From Octopus vulgaris (taxonomy: Eukaryota), in contig OX597835.1 of the NCBI GenBank assembly GCA_951406725.2, forward strand, positions 13,578,001 to 13,642,000: 64,000 nucleotides of DNA. The letters run 5' to 3'. Position 1 is the first letter of the stretch. Every line of letters starts with the position of its first letter. The position numbers were made by a program, and so were the translations under genes. Positions 14,548 through 28,080 of the stretch are shown here, in pieces. The notes under the pieces were generated by a model. That model saw only the letters and a program-made list of their open reading frames with translations. It was not told where the DNA came from and did no database searches.

Positions 14548-15056
14548 TTAATTTATGTTTCAAACAGCAGCTTAACGATGACAAAAGTTCTCTCACTAAA
14601 GTGTTCATTATTTTCAAAGCTAATTGAGTTAAAGAGAGTAATGAAAGAGTTAAGTGTTACAAGTGCCATCTTCTACCATTCAATATGCTGACTAGGTGAC
14701 TATACATCAAAAGAACCTTAAGGTCCATTGTGATTGAACCACACACGTGTTTCTGCAAGTTCATTGAGTGCCTTATTTGAATAAGTTGCTAAATCATGTT
14801 GACTCTGGTTTACAAAAACATTTCTGAATGCACAATTATTTTGTTACTGTATTTATTTTGAGATGCTCTGTGTTTCTTTCAATTACTTTAGATATAACAA
14901 AGAATTTAGTAAAATAACTTAGTTATCATTCAGCTAGTGTTAGGAACATAAATTGTGACAAAGGTTTGGTGGGAGATTTTAATTTAAAACTTATGAAAAC
15001 AAGACATTTGTCCTCAGAGCCAGAGCCGGTTTCAGCCGGGTTGGTAACAAAAGGGT

Positions 15057-15265
15057 TAAGGTGGCAAAGATGGTAGAATCAGACGAAATGCTTAGCGACA
15101 AGTTTCTGGCTCTTCTGTGTTCTGAGTTCAAATACTGCTAGGGTCAATTTTGCCATTCATCGTTTTTCTGGGGTTGATAAAAATAAGTACCAATTGAGCA
15201 CTAGAGCTGATGTAATCGATTTGTCCCCCTCCCCTTCAAAATTCTTACCATGTTGCTATAATAGA

Positions 15266-15307
<42 letters not shown>

Positions 15308-15998
15308 TAAGGCAGTGAGCAGGTAGAATTGTCAGTACGCCAGGCAAAATGCTTAGCGGTATTTTGTCTGTCATTACATTCTGAGTTCAAATTCCGCCAA
15401 GGTCGATTTTTGCCTTTCAGGGTCAATAAATTAAGTACCAGTGAAACACTGGGGTCAATGAAATCAACTTATCCCCTCCCCCAAATTTCAGGTCTTGTAC
15501 CTATAGTAGAAAGGATTGTTGTTGTTGTTGTTATTATTATTATTATTATTATCATTATTATTTAAGGCAATGAGCAGGTAGAATTGTCAGTACGCCAGGC
15601 AAAATGCTTCATGGTATTTTGTCTGTCATTACATTCCGAGTTCAAATCCCGCCAAGGTCAACTTTGCCTTACATCCTTTCAGAGATAATGAATTAAGTAC
15701 CAGTAAAACACTGGGGTCGATGTAATCAACTAGTCCCTTCCCCTAAATTTCAGGCCTTGTGCCTTTAGTAGAAAGGATTATTGTTATTAAGGCAGCAGGC
15801 TGGTGGAATTGTTAGCACGCCAGGCACTTCGTCCATCTTTATGTTCTGAGTTCAAATTCCACTGAGGTCGACGTTGCCTTTCACCTTTTTGGGGTCAATG
15901 AAATAAGTACCAGGTACATACTGGGGTTGATGCAATCAACTAGCCTGCCCTTCTCTAAAAAAAAAAAATTCAGGCCATGTGCCTATAATAGAAAGGAT
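15057..15998 (+). mobile_element. Head-to-tail array of four SINE family B copies separated by (TTA)n/(TTG)n
   Basis: Heads at about 15060, 15310, 15565 and 15790, each followed by the same core and tail. Confidence 0.85.
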
Positions 15999-16030
15999 TA
16001 TTATTATTATTGTTGTTGTTGTTGTTGTTA

Positions 16031-16570
16031 TTGAGTGAGGGAGCAGTGCATGCCATCAAAGTGACACTTGGTTAAAATATACGACCCAGTATATCCATCA
16101 TGAGTACTCATCTGATAAGGGTACACTAGGCACATGCATCACAATATGTGCACAATATGTGCACAATATGGTGATCTCATATCAAGATAAACAGCACATG
16201 ACCTTGCAGGTGAGGCCCAGTTAGAATTTTCTTCTGGTCGAGTAACCCATCCCGCTCAAAACGTCCTTGAATAAGGGTTGTTTAAGGACGTTGAACGAAA
16301 CACCCCTATTTCCAGTGGTGAATTATTCAAACCCCAAAGAATCCCTCTCAACACATGGCTATGATGCTCCCCCACTACTTCTGCTCGTGATCAGAGATGC
16401 ACATATCGTCAGCCACTAAGGGACATGCTCAACTGGTTAAGGTCAAACATCTGACAAGCAAATCTGTTGTATTGAGCAGAATATTTGCTGTAGCCCATCT
16501 GTTATACCAAGATAAAACAATGTGCATGATAACACTTCCAATGAGTTAAGATAAGAAGCTTTGAGAGCCA
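16031..16570 (-). mobile_element. Retroelement 3' segment next to (TTA/TTG)n; shorter copy at 20795-21058
   Basis: The two copies share one end (ttgagtgag.gagcagt.catgccatcaaagtgacac) abutting the microsatellite and differ at the other end, as 5'-truncated retrocopies do. Confidence 0.6.
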
Positions 16571-16797
16571 AGAATTATTAAAGCATCAGATAATATACCT
16601 CCTAGGAATTTTTCATAATCATTTACATTTTTTGTGTTTAGCTTTATTTAGAAGATTTAGAGTTTTAACAAAAAACTTCATTTAATCTAATTCATAGCAA
16701 TTTTTGTGGTGTAAAGATGATGACAAAAGAGCGTGACATGTAGTGGGATGCTGTGCTAGAGGAAACTCCTCTAACCCATGCAAGCATAGTAAAACAG

Positions 16798-17580
16798 AGG
16801 CGCAGGAGTGGCTGTGTGGTAAGTAGCTTGTCTACCAACCACATGGTTCTGGGTTCAGTCCAACTGCGTGGCACCTTGGGCAAGTGTCTTCTACTATAGC
16901 CTCAGGCCGACCAAAGCCTTGTGAGTGTATTTGGTAGACGGAAACTGAAAGAAGCCCGTCGTATATATGTATATATATGTGTGTGTGTGTGTGTTTGTTT
17001 GTCTGTGTTTGTCCCCTAGTGTTTATGTCCCCGTTACTTAGCGGTTCGGCAAAAGAGCCCGATAGAATAAGTACTGGGCTTACAAAAGAATAAGTCCCGG
17101 GGTCGAGTTGCTTGATTAAAGGCGGTGCTCCAGCATGGCCGCGGTCAAATGACTGAAACAAGTAAAAGAGTAAAGAGAGATGTAAAATGCTATGATGATT
17201 ATTATAGGTGCAGGTGTCTCTGTGTAGTAAAGAAGTTTGCTTTCCAACCACAAAGTTCCAGGTTCAGTTCTACATTGTGGTACCTTGCACATGTGTCTTC
17301 TACTATAACCTCGGGCTGACCAAAGCCCTTTTGAGTGAACTTGGTAGGTGGAAACTGAAAGAAGCCTAACATGCACGTGTGTTTGTTTTTTCCCCACTGC
17401 CGCTCGGCAGCCAGTATTGGTTTGTTTACATCCATCCCTGTACCTTAGAGTTCAGCATAAGGGAGGGTTAGAATAAATACCAGGCTTTTAAAACATAAGT
17501 ACTGTGGTCGATTTGTTTGACTAAACCTTTAAAGGTTTAGTCCAGCATGGTCACAGTTCAATGACAGAACCAAGTAAAAA
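16798..17580 (+). mobile_element. Two tandem SINE family A copies (a young one and a diverged one)
   Basis: Heads at about 16798 and 17205. Confidence 0.85.
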
Positions 17581-18138
17581 AATTATTAAAATCAGCCATT
17601 TGTTTGATGATAAAATCCAAGGTGAGTTTCAGGTAGGTTTTGATATCAAAATCACAGGGTATATACAGTGTCAGTGCTTAAAAGCGGTATCTGGTATATC
17701 AGTGTTTGGCTGATATTTTGACATTTGTTGTTTAATCATTATTGAGGTCGATGTGTATTGATAACATCTCGTGTAACTTAGTGACAATGTCTGCCTTGAT
17801 TAAGTTACAAATCTCACCAAAGAATGAAATCTCATGACATTTGAAACTTTCAGACGGCTGGATTCAATCATGTCTTTTTTTATCTTTAATCTTTAATCTT
17901 TAATCTTTTACTTGTTGTAGTCATAAGACTGCAGTCATTGTAGGGCAACGCCTTGAAGAATATTTAGTCAAGCGAATCAACTCCAGTAATTTGTTTAAGC
18001 TCTAGTACTTAGTCTGTTAGTCTCTTATGGCAAACCGCTAAGTTATGAGGATGTAAACACACCAACAATGGTTGTCAAGCAGTGATGGGGGATGGACACA
18101 AAAACACACATACACACGCACACACACATACACATATA

Positions 18139-18703
18139 TTGGGTTGTCCAGAAAGTTTGTGCCAATTTTTAAAGGAAAGAAGAAGGTCAATAAATACTTG
18201 CCATTACATTTTTAATAAACCAAATATGAACCATTTTGTTGCACAATGCATCTCCATCTTTCCTTTAACTTGAAATTACCCTCTTCCCAGAATTGAGGTG
18301 GTTTCATGGCAAAGAATTCATCAAGATATCTTTTTTCATCATCCAAGGAATTGAAATGTTTACCATTAAGACCATTCTGCAAAGACCTGAATAAGTGGAA
18401 ATCTAAAGGAGCAATATCTGGTGAATATGGAGGTTGAAGTAACACATCCCAGCCAAGCTGCAGCAATTTTTGTCTGGTTTCCAAAGCATCAAGTGCTGAA
18501 AATGAACTTTCTTATCTTCCAATTTAAAGGGTTACAGAATTAACACAAGTTATAGGAACATAAACCTTCTTCCATGAAAAGATAGATTAAACTGTGCTCT
18601 AAATGGAGGTGTAGTTAAATCCTATTTTATGGACTTAACTATGTTCTAAAATAAGTCGAAAGGTAAGCTACTATAAATTGGCACAAACTTTCCAGACAAC
18701 CCA

Positions 18704-18704
<1 letters not shown>
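18139..18704 (-). mobile_element. Non-autonomous mariner deletion derivative (DD34D type, resembles mellifera subfamily), inserted in the microsatellite of a SINE-A
   Basis: ~28-bp TIRs TTGGGTTGTCC/TGGAAAGTTTGTGCCAATTT, TA duplication, and the peptide QKLLQLGWDVLLQPPYSPDIAPLDFHLFRSLQN. SINE-A halves lie on either side (17905-18120 and 18735-18898). Confidence 0.92.
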
Positions 18705-18734
<30 letters not shown>

Positions 18735-19914
18735 CACAATGGACTTTTTTCAGTTTTTGTCTAACAAATCAACTCATAAGGTTTTTGTTGGTCCAAGGCT
18801 ATTGTAGAAGATGCTTGCTCAAGGTGCCATGTAGTGAGACTGAACTCAGAACCATGTGGTTGTGAAGCAAGCTTCTTCCCATGCAGCCGTGCTTGCACCA
18901 ATATGACGTCTGCTAAGTGTCTGCAACAAGTGAAACAGTAGCAACAACAATAACAATAATGATGTGGGAAATTGGCAAAGTTGTTAGAGGATTGGATTAA
19001 ATGCTCCATGCAATGTTTGTTCAGATCCTTTGTGCTCTAAGTTCAAATCCCACCATGGTCATCTTTGCCTTTCATCCTTTCAGGGGTCAGTAAAATAAAG
19101 TAGCAATCTTGAGGAGTGGATTAAGGGAACTGTAAGGATAAATCATGTGACCAATCAGGCTATCAGATGTTGCTACACATCGCTGGTCACAATGCGCTTC
19201 ACATTGTTTTAGCCTTCAAATGACACCACGCCGCTGGCTAAGCGAGCAGACCAACAGAAGAAAGAGTGAGAGAAAGTTGCATCGAAAGAGTACAGCAGGA
19301 ATCGCCACCACCCCCTGCCGGAGCCTTGTGGGGCTTTAGGTGTTTTCTCTCTCAAGAAACACTCACAACGGCCAGTTTGGGAATCGAAACCATGATCCTA
19401 CGACTGTGAGTCTGCTGTCCTAACCACTGGGCCATTTCATCTCCACATAAGGACAGATACCCCGTGATATCTCTTCCAGAACTTTGTGTTCTCACAGCAA
19501 TGTCTGCAATGGTACTTGTGCCAGGTTTTTTTTTGGTTCAATTCTGCAGCCATTCCCTTGTATAAACAACAGTTCCATGGAGAAGGGAAACCCGTATTGT
19601 ATGGACAACTGCCAGACTTTTTTTTTTTTAAGCATTTGTTCATTACAAGGTCCTTAGACCACTGAAAATATAAGAGCTACTAGAGTAAAATGGATGTTAG
19701 ACAGTCAGTAAAATAAAGTAGCAATCTTGAGGAGTGGATTAAGGGAACTGTAAGGACAAATCACGTGACCAACCAGGCTAACATCGCTGGTCACAATGCG
19801 CTTCACATTGTTTTAGCTTTGAAATGACGCCACCTCGCTGGCTAAGCAAGCAGACCAACAGAAGAAAGAGTGAGAGAAAGTTGTGGTGAAAGAGTACAGC
19901 ATGAGAAGTCAATA

Positions 19915-20720
19915 GATGTAAAAAGAAGGCATCCAATTCTTTGATACAAAATACATATTTATTCATGGACATGTTTGTAATTAAAACCATCCGATGTGGA
20001 AGACACTTCCGTTATGTTTCCAAGATCAGATTAGGGTTTTGGGTTCCCTTTCCCCAAACTCTACACAGCTGGTTCTCCCTTGTGCCTCATCTGTGCAAGT
20101 TTGTTGCTGTTTGGAGTGTTTCCAAGAATAGTTATTTTACCAAATCCTTTTCACTGAAACCATAAGTTGTGTATTTCCATAGAAATACGGCCAGAGAAGT
20201 GTTAAAAGATTTATCAGTAGAATCTGACAAAACTTCCACAACTTCTGTTGTATGTTAAAAAGTAGGATACTTTACTTAAAATTTCATATCTGAACACTTC
20301 CTTCCAGTCTTGCTTGGAATGTGTTCCTGCTCAGTTCCTTGTTTTTCTTTCCGTTACTTCAACCCAGGAAGCATTCATTCTTGTAACCAAAATTGTTGCA
20401 ATATCTAACTTAAAGAGTTGATGGTTGCCAGATTCAGATCAATGGATTGTTCCTAAATTGCTTTCCATGGTAAACCAAAATGGTTCATGGGTAGCAAGCA
20501 ACAAACCAATTACCTGCTGGAAGACAGTGGAGGGTAATTCATCACCAGAAACACAGTCTTCTGTGGCTCTCTGAAGTGTGAGGAGACTTACAAATGTCTG
20601 ATTGATTTCATGAGGCGTTTGTAGTTAATTCTGTATAGAGCAGAGAATTGACAATCTTCTATCATTGACTCCATCGTGGAATCAGGGATAACATATCAAC
20701 CGCCATCATGCAAATCTCTA
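19915..20720 (-). pseudogene. Decayed non-LTR retrotransposon ORF fragment (zinc-finger region downstream of RT)
   Basis: Minus strand reads ...LFLETLQTATNLHR*GTRENQLCRVWGKG... then, after a frameshift, YKHVHE*IC. This resembles the L.T..NL.RWG...C..C...RHD motif. Many stops. Confidence 0.55.
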
Positions 20721-20741
20721 AAATAAAATTTATCATCACCA

Positions 20742-20773
<32 letters not shown>

Positions 20774-21349
20774 TATCATCATTATTATTATTATTGAGTG
20801 AGAGAGCAGTTCATGCCATCAAAGTGACACTGGGGTAAAATATACAAAGCCCAATATACCCATCATGACTACCCGTCTGATAAGGGCACACCAGGCACAT
20901 GCATCACAACCATATGTGCGCGGCATGGTGATCTCATATCAAGATAAACTGCACATGACCTTGCAGGTGGGGCCCAGTTAGAATTTTCTTCAGGTTGAGT
21001 AGCCCATCCCGCTCAAATGGTCCCTGAATAGCCCATCCCGCTCAAATGGTCCCTGAATTATTATTATTATTATTATTTAACCTCTTATCATACACAATTT
21101 TTTTTCCATTTTGCATGCAAAAAATATTGTATTTTTTTAATTATTTATTTTGAATCTGTAAATGAGGAAGATTAATTAAACAAATTATTTTGGATCAGTT
21201 ATGATTTATTATGAAGTTATTGATCAAAATGATAGTTACTGTTCGTTAATGATATAAAACAGGAATAACATCATGAACAAAGTATTTGGGTTAGAAATAA
21301 GAGACAGGTACCTCAGAGTACGGTGAATGTATATTTTCCTTCAAATATA

Positions 21350-22256
21350 CTGGGTTGTCCTGGAAAGTTTCGTGCCAATTTATAGTAGCTTACCTTTCGA
21401 CTTATTTTAGAAAATGATTGAGTCCATAAAATAGGATTTGACTAGGGAGCACTCCGTCGGTTACGACGACGAGGGTCCCAGCTGATACGATCAACAGAAC
21501 AGCTTGCTCGTGGAATTAACGTGCAAGTGACTGAGCAATCCACAGACACGAGTACCCTTAACGTAGTTCTCAGGGAGATTCAGCGTGACACAGAGTGTGA
21601 CAAGGCCGGCCCTTTGAAATACAGGTACAACTCATTTTTGCCAGCTGAGTGGACTGGAGCAACGTGAAATAAAGTGTCTTGCTCAAGGACACAATGCATC
21701 GCCGGGAATCGAACTCAAGACCTTACAATCGTCAGTCGAATGCCCTAACCACTAAGCCACGCGCCTTCACAGGATTTGACTACACCTCCATTTAGAGCAC
21801 AGTTTAAGCTATCTTTACGTGGAAGAAGGTTAATGTTCCTATAACCTGTGTTAATTCTGTAACCCTTTAAAATGGAAGATAAGAAAGTTCATTTTCGGCA
21901 CTTGAGGTTTTGGGAACCAGACAAAAATTGCTGCAGCTCGGCTGAGATGTGTTACCCCACCCTCCATATTCACCAGATATTGCTCCTTCGGATTTCCACT
22001 TATTCAAGTCTCTGCAGAATAGTCTTAATGGTAAAAATTTCAATTCCTTGGATGACGTAAAAAGATACCTTGATGATTTATTTGCCATGAAACTACCTAA
22101 ATTCTGGGAATGAGGGTATTTTCAAGTTAAAGAAAAGATGGAGACGCATTGTGAAACAAAAGGGTTCATATTTGGTTGATTAAAAATGTAATGGCAAGTA
22201 TTTATTGACCTTTTTCTTTCCTTTAAAAATCGGCACGAACTTTCCGGACAACCCAA
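21350..22256 (+). mobile_element. Second copy of the same mariner deletion derivative, interrupted by a SINE
   Basis: Same TIRs and TA flanks. MEDKKVHFRHL is joined directly to the C-terminal HPPYSPDIAPSDFHLF region. Confidence 0.92.
21445..21770 (-). mobile_element. SINE family D (head GTGAAGGCGCGTGGCTTAGTGGTTAGGG) with a 12-bp TSD
   Basis: AGGATTTGACTA at 21433-21444 and 21771-21782. The mariner copy at 18139 shows the empty site. Confidence 0.92.
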
Positions 22257-23591
22257 TATATTTACTAGACATCTCTGAATGAAAATACACAGGATAATAT
22301 GTTAGAGGTTAACATCCGTATCATTAATAAAGAAAGATTTCTTGATTTAACAAAAGCAGTTCCTTTGTTCTTTTGTATCTTTACCACTTCTTAATAAGAA
22401 ACATTTAAAGAAATTTAATGAAAATACTGTTCACAGATGATAAAGAACAATAAAAATTCAGTCATTTTGATATAGTAGGAATATATGATGTGAAATATCT
22501 GTTTGGTGGATATTTGTTATTGCATCAATATTTGGGTGGAAATTAGTGCACATTAGATTAAATTCAAAATTGTCCAACACCAGAAACCACTCTACTGTAA
22601 AATGGACCATAAATACTTGTTGGCATTAGGAAGGGCAATCAGCTATAGAAACTATGCCAAAACAGACCTGGAACCCAGGTAGCTCTCCAGCTGGCCAACA
22701 CCTGTGAAAATTGTCCAACCTATGTCAGCATGGAAAATGGATTTTAACCCTTTAGTGTTCGCATTATTCTGTCAAAATTAATGCTTCTTCATCTACATTG
22801 TTTTGAATTAATCATGCATTATCTTATATCTATGAGGTAGCTGTTAATTTTTTAAACGGTATTGTAGGGCTGGTGTGAGAGACCAGATATGGCTAGTTTG
22901 AACATAAAACAAGTAGAATATTTTTGGCCGGATATGGCCGGTTTAAATGCTAAAGGGTTAAATGATGATGATGACAATGATGGTGTTGAGTGTCTCTGTT
23001 ATAGTGCCTCCCTGAGGACTAGGTTAAGGGTACATGTGTCTGTGGAGCGCTCAGCCACATGTACATTAATTTCATGAGCAGGGTGTTCCATTGATTGGTT
23101 CAACTAGAAACCCTCGTTGTCATAACCGACAGAGCGCTAGTCATGTTCTATATATTGTCAACGTCATCGTTTAACACCCATGTCCCATGCTGGTATGGAA
23201 TGGATAGTTTGACAAGATCCAGTGGGTTCAAGAACTGTGTCGTGCTCCAACTTCTGCTTTGGTAGAGTTCCCACACTTGGAAGCTCTTTCTAATGCCAAA
23301 CTGTGTGTATTTCTCCTGTTCACAAATCATCTGCTGGCTTTGTGCCTTCAAAGATGGCACAATAGCAAAAGATCAGAATACGAGGTGCTTCGTTAATTGA
23401 AAAACAAATAAGGGTTAGTGACAGGAAAGTCATCCAGCAGTAAAACAATGTTTTGATAATGTATTCACCAACTCGACTTAGCCTTTCATCCTTTTGGGGT
23501 CAATAAATTGAGTACTAGTTGCATACTGGTGTCAATCTAATCAGCTAACCCCACCCCCAAAATTTTGGGCCTTGTGCTAGAGTGGAGGAGG

Positions 23592-24258
23592 AGACCCCCT
23601 TAGGTCATGAATGACCGTAGGATTGCACCTAGAAAGTTACCCTCCAAGGCACAAGTCCGGGGAAGGTTATTTGTGGAAGACCAACAGTCGCTCATGCATA
23701 CCATCCTCCCCTCTCCACACCACCGATGTTATCCAAAGAAAAGGCAAAGGGGCCGATACAGCTTGGCACTAGTGATGTCGCAACTCATCTCAAGAGCTGA
23801 GAGAACTGGAGCAATGTGAAATAAAGTGTCTTGCTCAAGAACACAACACACTGCCCAGTCCAAGAATCAAACTCACACCCTCACAATTGTAAGCTCGACG
23901 TTCTAACCACTGAGCCATGTGCCTTCACTCTACCTTCAGTGAAGGCACGTGGCTTACTGGTTAGGGCATTCGGCTCACGATTGTAAGGTCGTGAGTTCAA
24001 TTCCTGGCAACGTGTTGTGTCCTTGAGCAAGAGCCTTTATTTCTCATTCAGTCCACTCAGCTGGCAAATATGAGTTGTACCTGTATTTCAAAGAGCCAGC
24101 CTTGTAACACTCTGTGACACACTGAATCTCCCTGAGAACTACGTTAGGGGTACATATGTCTGAGGAGTGCTCAGCCACTTGCACGCTAATTTCAAGAGCA
24201 AGCTGTTCCGTTGCTCGTATCAGCTGGGACCCTCATCATCATAACCAACAGGGTGCCC
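23592..24258. mobile_element. Head-to-head pair of family D SINEs with different tails, inside a SINE-B tail
   Basis: GCCTTCAC (about 23921) and GTGAAGGC (about 23939) heads are 10 bp apart. tgtgc(c)tagagt flanks both ends. Confidence 0.75.
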
Positions 24259-25109
24259 CTTCTCTGTGCCTAGAGTAGAAAAGAATATATTCACCTAACC
24301 CATGCTAGCATGGTAAAATGGACATAAAAATGAAATAATGGACTATAAGTGTTCAAGAGAGAATTGTAATGGTACCCACTCTGCCCATCCACCCATGCCC
24401 ATAGGTTTAAGAAATGTTCAAGAATTGAATGGTGACAAATGAACTGGAGCCAACAACTTGACTTGGTGGTGTGGTGTGCTGTGGGGGGGGGGGAAGAGTT
24501 GACTTGATACAACGGGACTTCATTGGCGGTGGCAGCCAAGTGAAAATTCAGGTTAATCTGCTGAAAAGTGGTTTTGTATAAAACTTTATAGTAACCAAGG
24601 CGACATTTTAGAGGGGTTAAAAAAAAAAAAAGAAACCAAATAAAAAAAAAACCAGCAACAAGTGGTTTTTGTCGCGGCTGACTGCTCCGTTAAACTTGCA
24701 AATCTGTCGTGCATGCCACTAAGTGCCAAAAATGTCAAACAAACCAGACAACTTTACGCTGTTTTTATGTTCAACAAAGATTTTTGAAACAATACTTTCA
24801 GAAAACTCCATCTGCCATTATTGGTTGTAGAGAGCTTTTTTTTTTTTTTTTTTTTTACAGTTTTTTTTTTTTTTTTTTTTGGTAAAATTTTTATTGCATT
24901 CTCTACTTTTTGGTGCCAAACTGATGTGTTCTCTCCTGTTTTGTTTCAAGAAATTTTATGTTGGAAGAATTAGCTTTGCAAAAATTCTTTTTATTTTTAT
25001 TTTCTTAGATTTTTTTTTTTTTTTTTTTTTTCATATTTCCCCATTTATTTTTGCCGCTACTTTGTGTGAAAAACAACAGGATTTTACATAACGCCAAAAA
25101 AAAAAAGAA

Positions 25110-25143
<34 letters not shown>

Positions 25144-25499
25144 GAAAGTAAAATAGCTTTTAAAATAAAATCCCCTTAGAAAAAGTGAAAAGATGGGATT
25201 TATATATCTGATGAAAAAACCGCGACAATAAATTTTGTCAGCTTTCTGTGACTGTATTAATTTTGCATGCGTGTTTATGTGTACATGTTTGTGTGTGTGT
25301 CTGTGTGTACATATATACACTTATACATATGTACGCATATATCTATGTAGGTGGGAGGTGTATGTATATATGTGCGAGTGTGTACATACATAGATATGCA
25401 TATGTTTGCTTAGATACACATATGTGTGCACGCACGCACACACACATGTACATATATATATATATATATATACACACATAAACATCTATATCTATCTAT

Positions 25500-26065
25500 A
25501 TACACTCACACACATATATAACAGTACACACACTCACACATATATAACAGTACACACATATATATATAAAAGTACACGCACACACATAACAGTACACACA
25601 CACACACATATATAACAGTACACACACACACACATATATAACAGTACACACACACACACATATAACAGTACACACACACACACATATATAACAGTACACA
25701 CACACACACATATAACAGTACACACACACACACACATAACAGTACACACACACACATATATATATATAACAGTACACACACATATATAAACGTACACGCA
25801 CATACATATAACAGTACACACACACACATACATATATATAGCAATACACACACACATATATAACAGTATACACTTATATAACAGTACACAAACACATATA
25901 TATAAACATATAACAGTACGTACACACATATATATATATAGCAGTACACACACACACACATAACAGTACATACACATATATAAAAGTACACGCGCACACA
26001 TATAACAGTATACACACACACATACATATATATAACAGTACACACACATACATATATATAAAAGT

Positions 26066-26096
<31 letters not shown>

Positions 26097-26098
26097 AC
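25500..26098. repeat. Minisatellite (ataacagta(ca)n(ta)n)
   Basis: About 20 units seen directly. Confidence 0.9.
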
Positions 26099-28080
26099 TG
26101 ACATCTGAATCGTATATTTTATCTCGTCTTCTCTTTCATTTTAATGGTTCTTACAATCATTTCATGATTTGATGTGGTAACAGATGCACGGTATAACAGC
26201 TAGTCTACATTACATGAAATATTACTTAGTGAGCTTCGATTCCCTGCCCCCACCCCACAAAAGAATTCCATATACAGGCGCAGGTGTGACTGTGTGGTTG
26301 AAGCTTGCTTCCCAACCACATGGTTCCAGGTTCAGTCCCACTGCATGGCATCTTAAACTTCTACTATCGCCTCGGGCCAACCAAAGCTTTGGGAGTGGAT
26401 TTGGTAGATGGAAACTGAAAGAAGCCCGTCGTATGTATATGTATATTGTATATATGTTTATATTTGTGTGTGTGTGTTTGTTCCCCCACCATCACTTGAC
26501 AACTGGTGTTGGTGTGTTTACGCCCACGTAACTTAGCAGTTCGTCAAAAGACACTGATAGAATAAGTACTAGGCTTAGAAAGAATAAGACCTGGGGTTGA
26601 TTCATTCGACTAAAGGCAGTACTCCAGCATGGCCACAGTCAAATGACTGCAACAAGTGAAAGAACAAAAGAATAGAGATTTTTAATACCTCGTGTCATTC
26701 TACCGTTTTATGTCAGCACCATACTATACCACTTCAGTACTACAGCTTATACTATACTCCATACTATACCATACAGTATTATATTATCATTATAGCCTAT
26801 AGTTCTACCATACACTATGATATCCTACGGTACCACTTTAGTACAATAAGTCTACCATACACCATATTAGACTGCTATGGTATTACAGTTTATACTATAC
26901 ACCATACTATGCCATGCAGTATTTTTTTTTTTTTTCTTCACTAGGCACAAGGCCCGAAATTTTGGGGAAGGGGGCCAGTCGATTAGATCAACACCAGTAT
27001 GCAACTAGTACTTAATTTGTCGACCGCATCAGCATTTGAACTCAGAACGTAAAGACAGATGAAACACCACTAAGCATTTTGCCCAGCATGCTAACGTTTC
27101 TTTTTTTTATTTATTGCCCACAAGGGGCTAAACATAGAGGGGACAAACAAGGACAGACAAAGGGATTAAGTCGATTACATTGACCCCTGTGAATAACTGG
27201 TACTTAATTTATAGACCCCGAAAGGATGAAAGGCAAAGTTGACCTTGGCGGAATTTAAACTCAGAACGTAATGGCAGACGAAATACTGATTTCTTTACTA
27301 CCCACAAGGGGCTAAACACAGAGGGGACAAACAAGGACAGACAAACGGATTAAGTCGATTACATCGGCCCCTGTGAGTAACTGGTATTTAATTTATCGAC
27401 CCCAAAAGGATGAAAGGCAAAGTCAACCTCAGCGGAATTTGAACTCAGAACGAAATGGCAGACGAAATACCGCTAAGCACTTCTAACATTTCTGCCAGCT
27501 CGCAGCCTTATGCTATGCAGTATTATATTATCATTATAGCCTACGGTTCTACCATACACTCTACAATACTCTATGGTACCACTTTAGTACAATAACTCTA
27601 CCAGACACTATATTATACTGCTACAGTATTACAGCTTATACTATACACCATACTATGCCATACAGTATAGGTATATCAGTAGAACATTATTACTATAGTA
27701 CGTTTATATATTTGTTGTGCAAGATTTTTTACGTGAAGTCGTGTGTTGAAACAGATATTGTTATATTTCGGAATGGTCATTTTGCCAGTTTAGCCAATAA
27801 AAACATACGCACTATATATTTGGTGTTATTTTGCTTCAGTGTTATTTGTTTTTTACATTAATCTTAATCTTATTTCGGTCAGAGTTCTTTTGTCACACTC
27901 CTGTGACCACATCAGTGTTTTCTTCTTTCTTATTTGTGTCTCTCCTTACTAACCGTCAGCCATTTTGTATTTCTATTGTATGTCTTCATATGCGCATGCT
28001 TATATCTCTATGTGCATCTATGTCTATTTAGTGTGTGTATGTGGGCGGATGCCTTTAATATTTGTATCTTCTGTTTATAT

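Noticed and set aside
27870-27925. Minus-strand hammerhead-like core (CTGATGT-ggtca...tgacc-GAAA)
   Set aside because: The conserved A9 is replaced and I find no stem I partner. At best a dead remnant.
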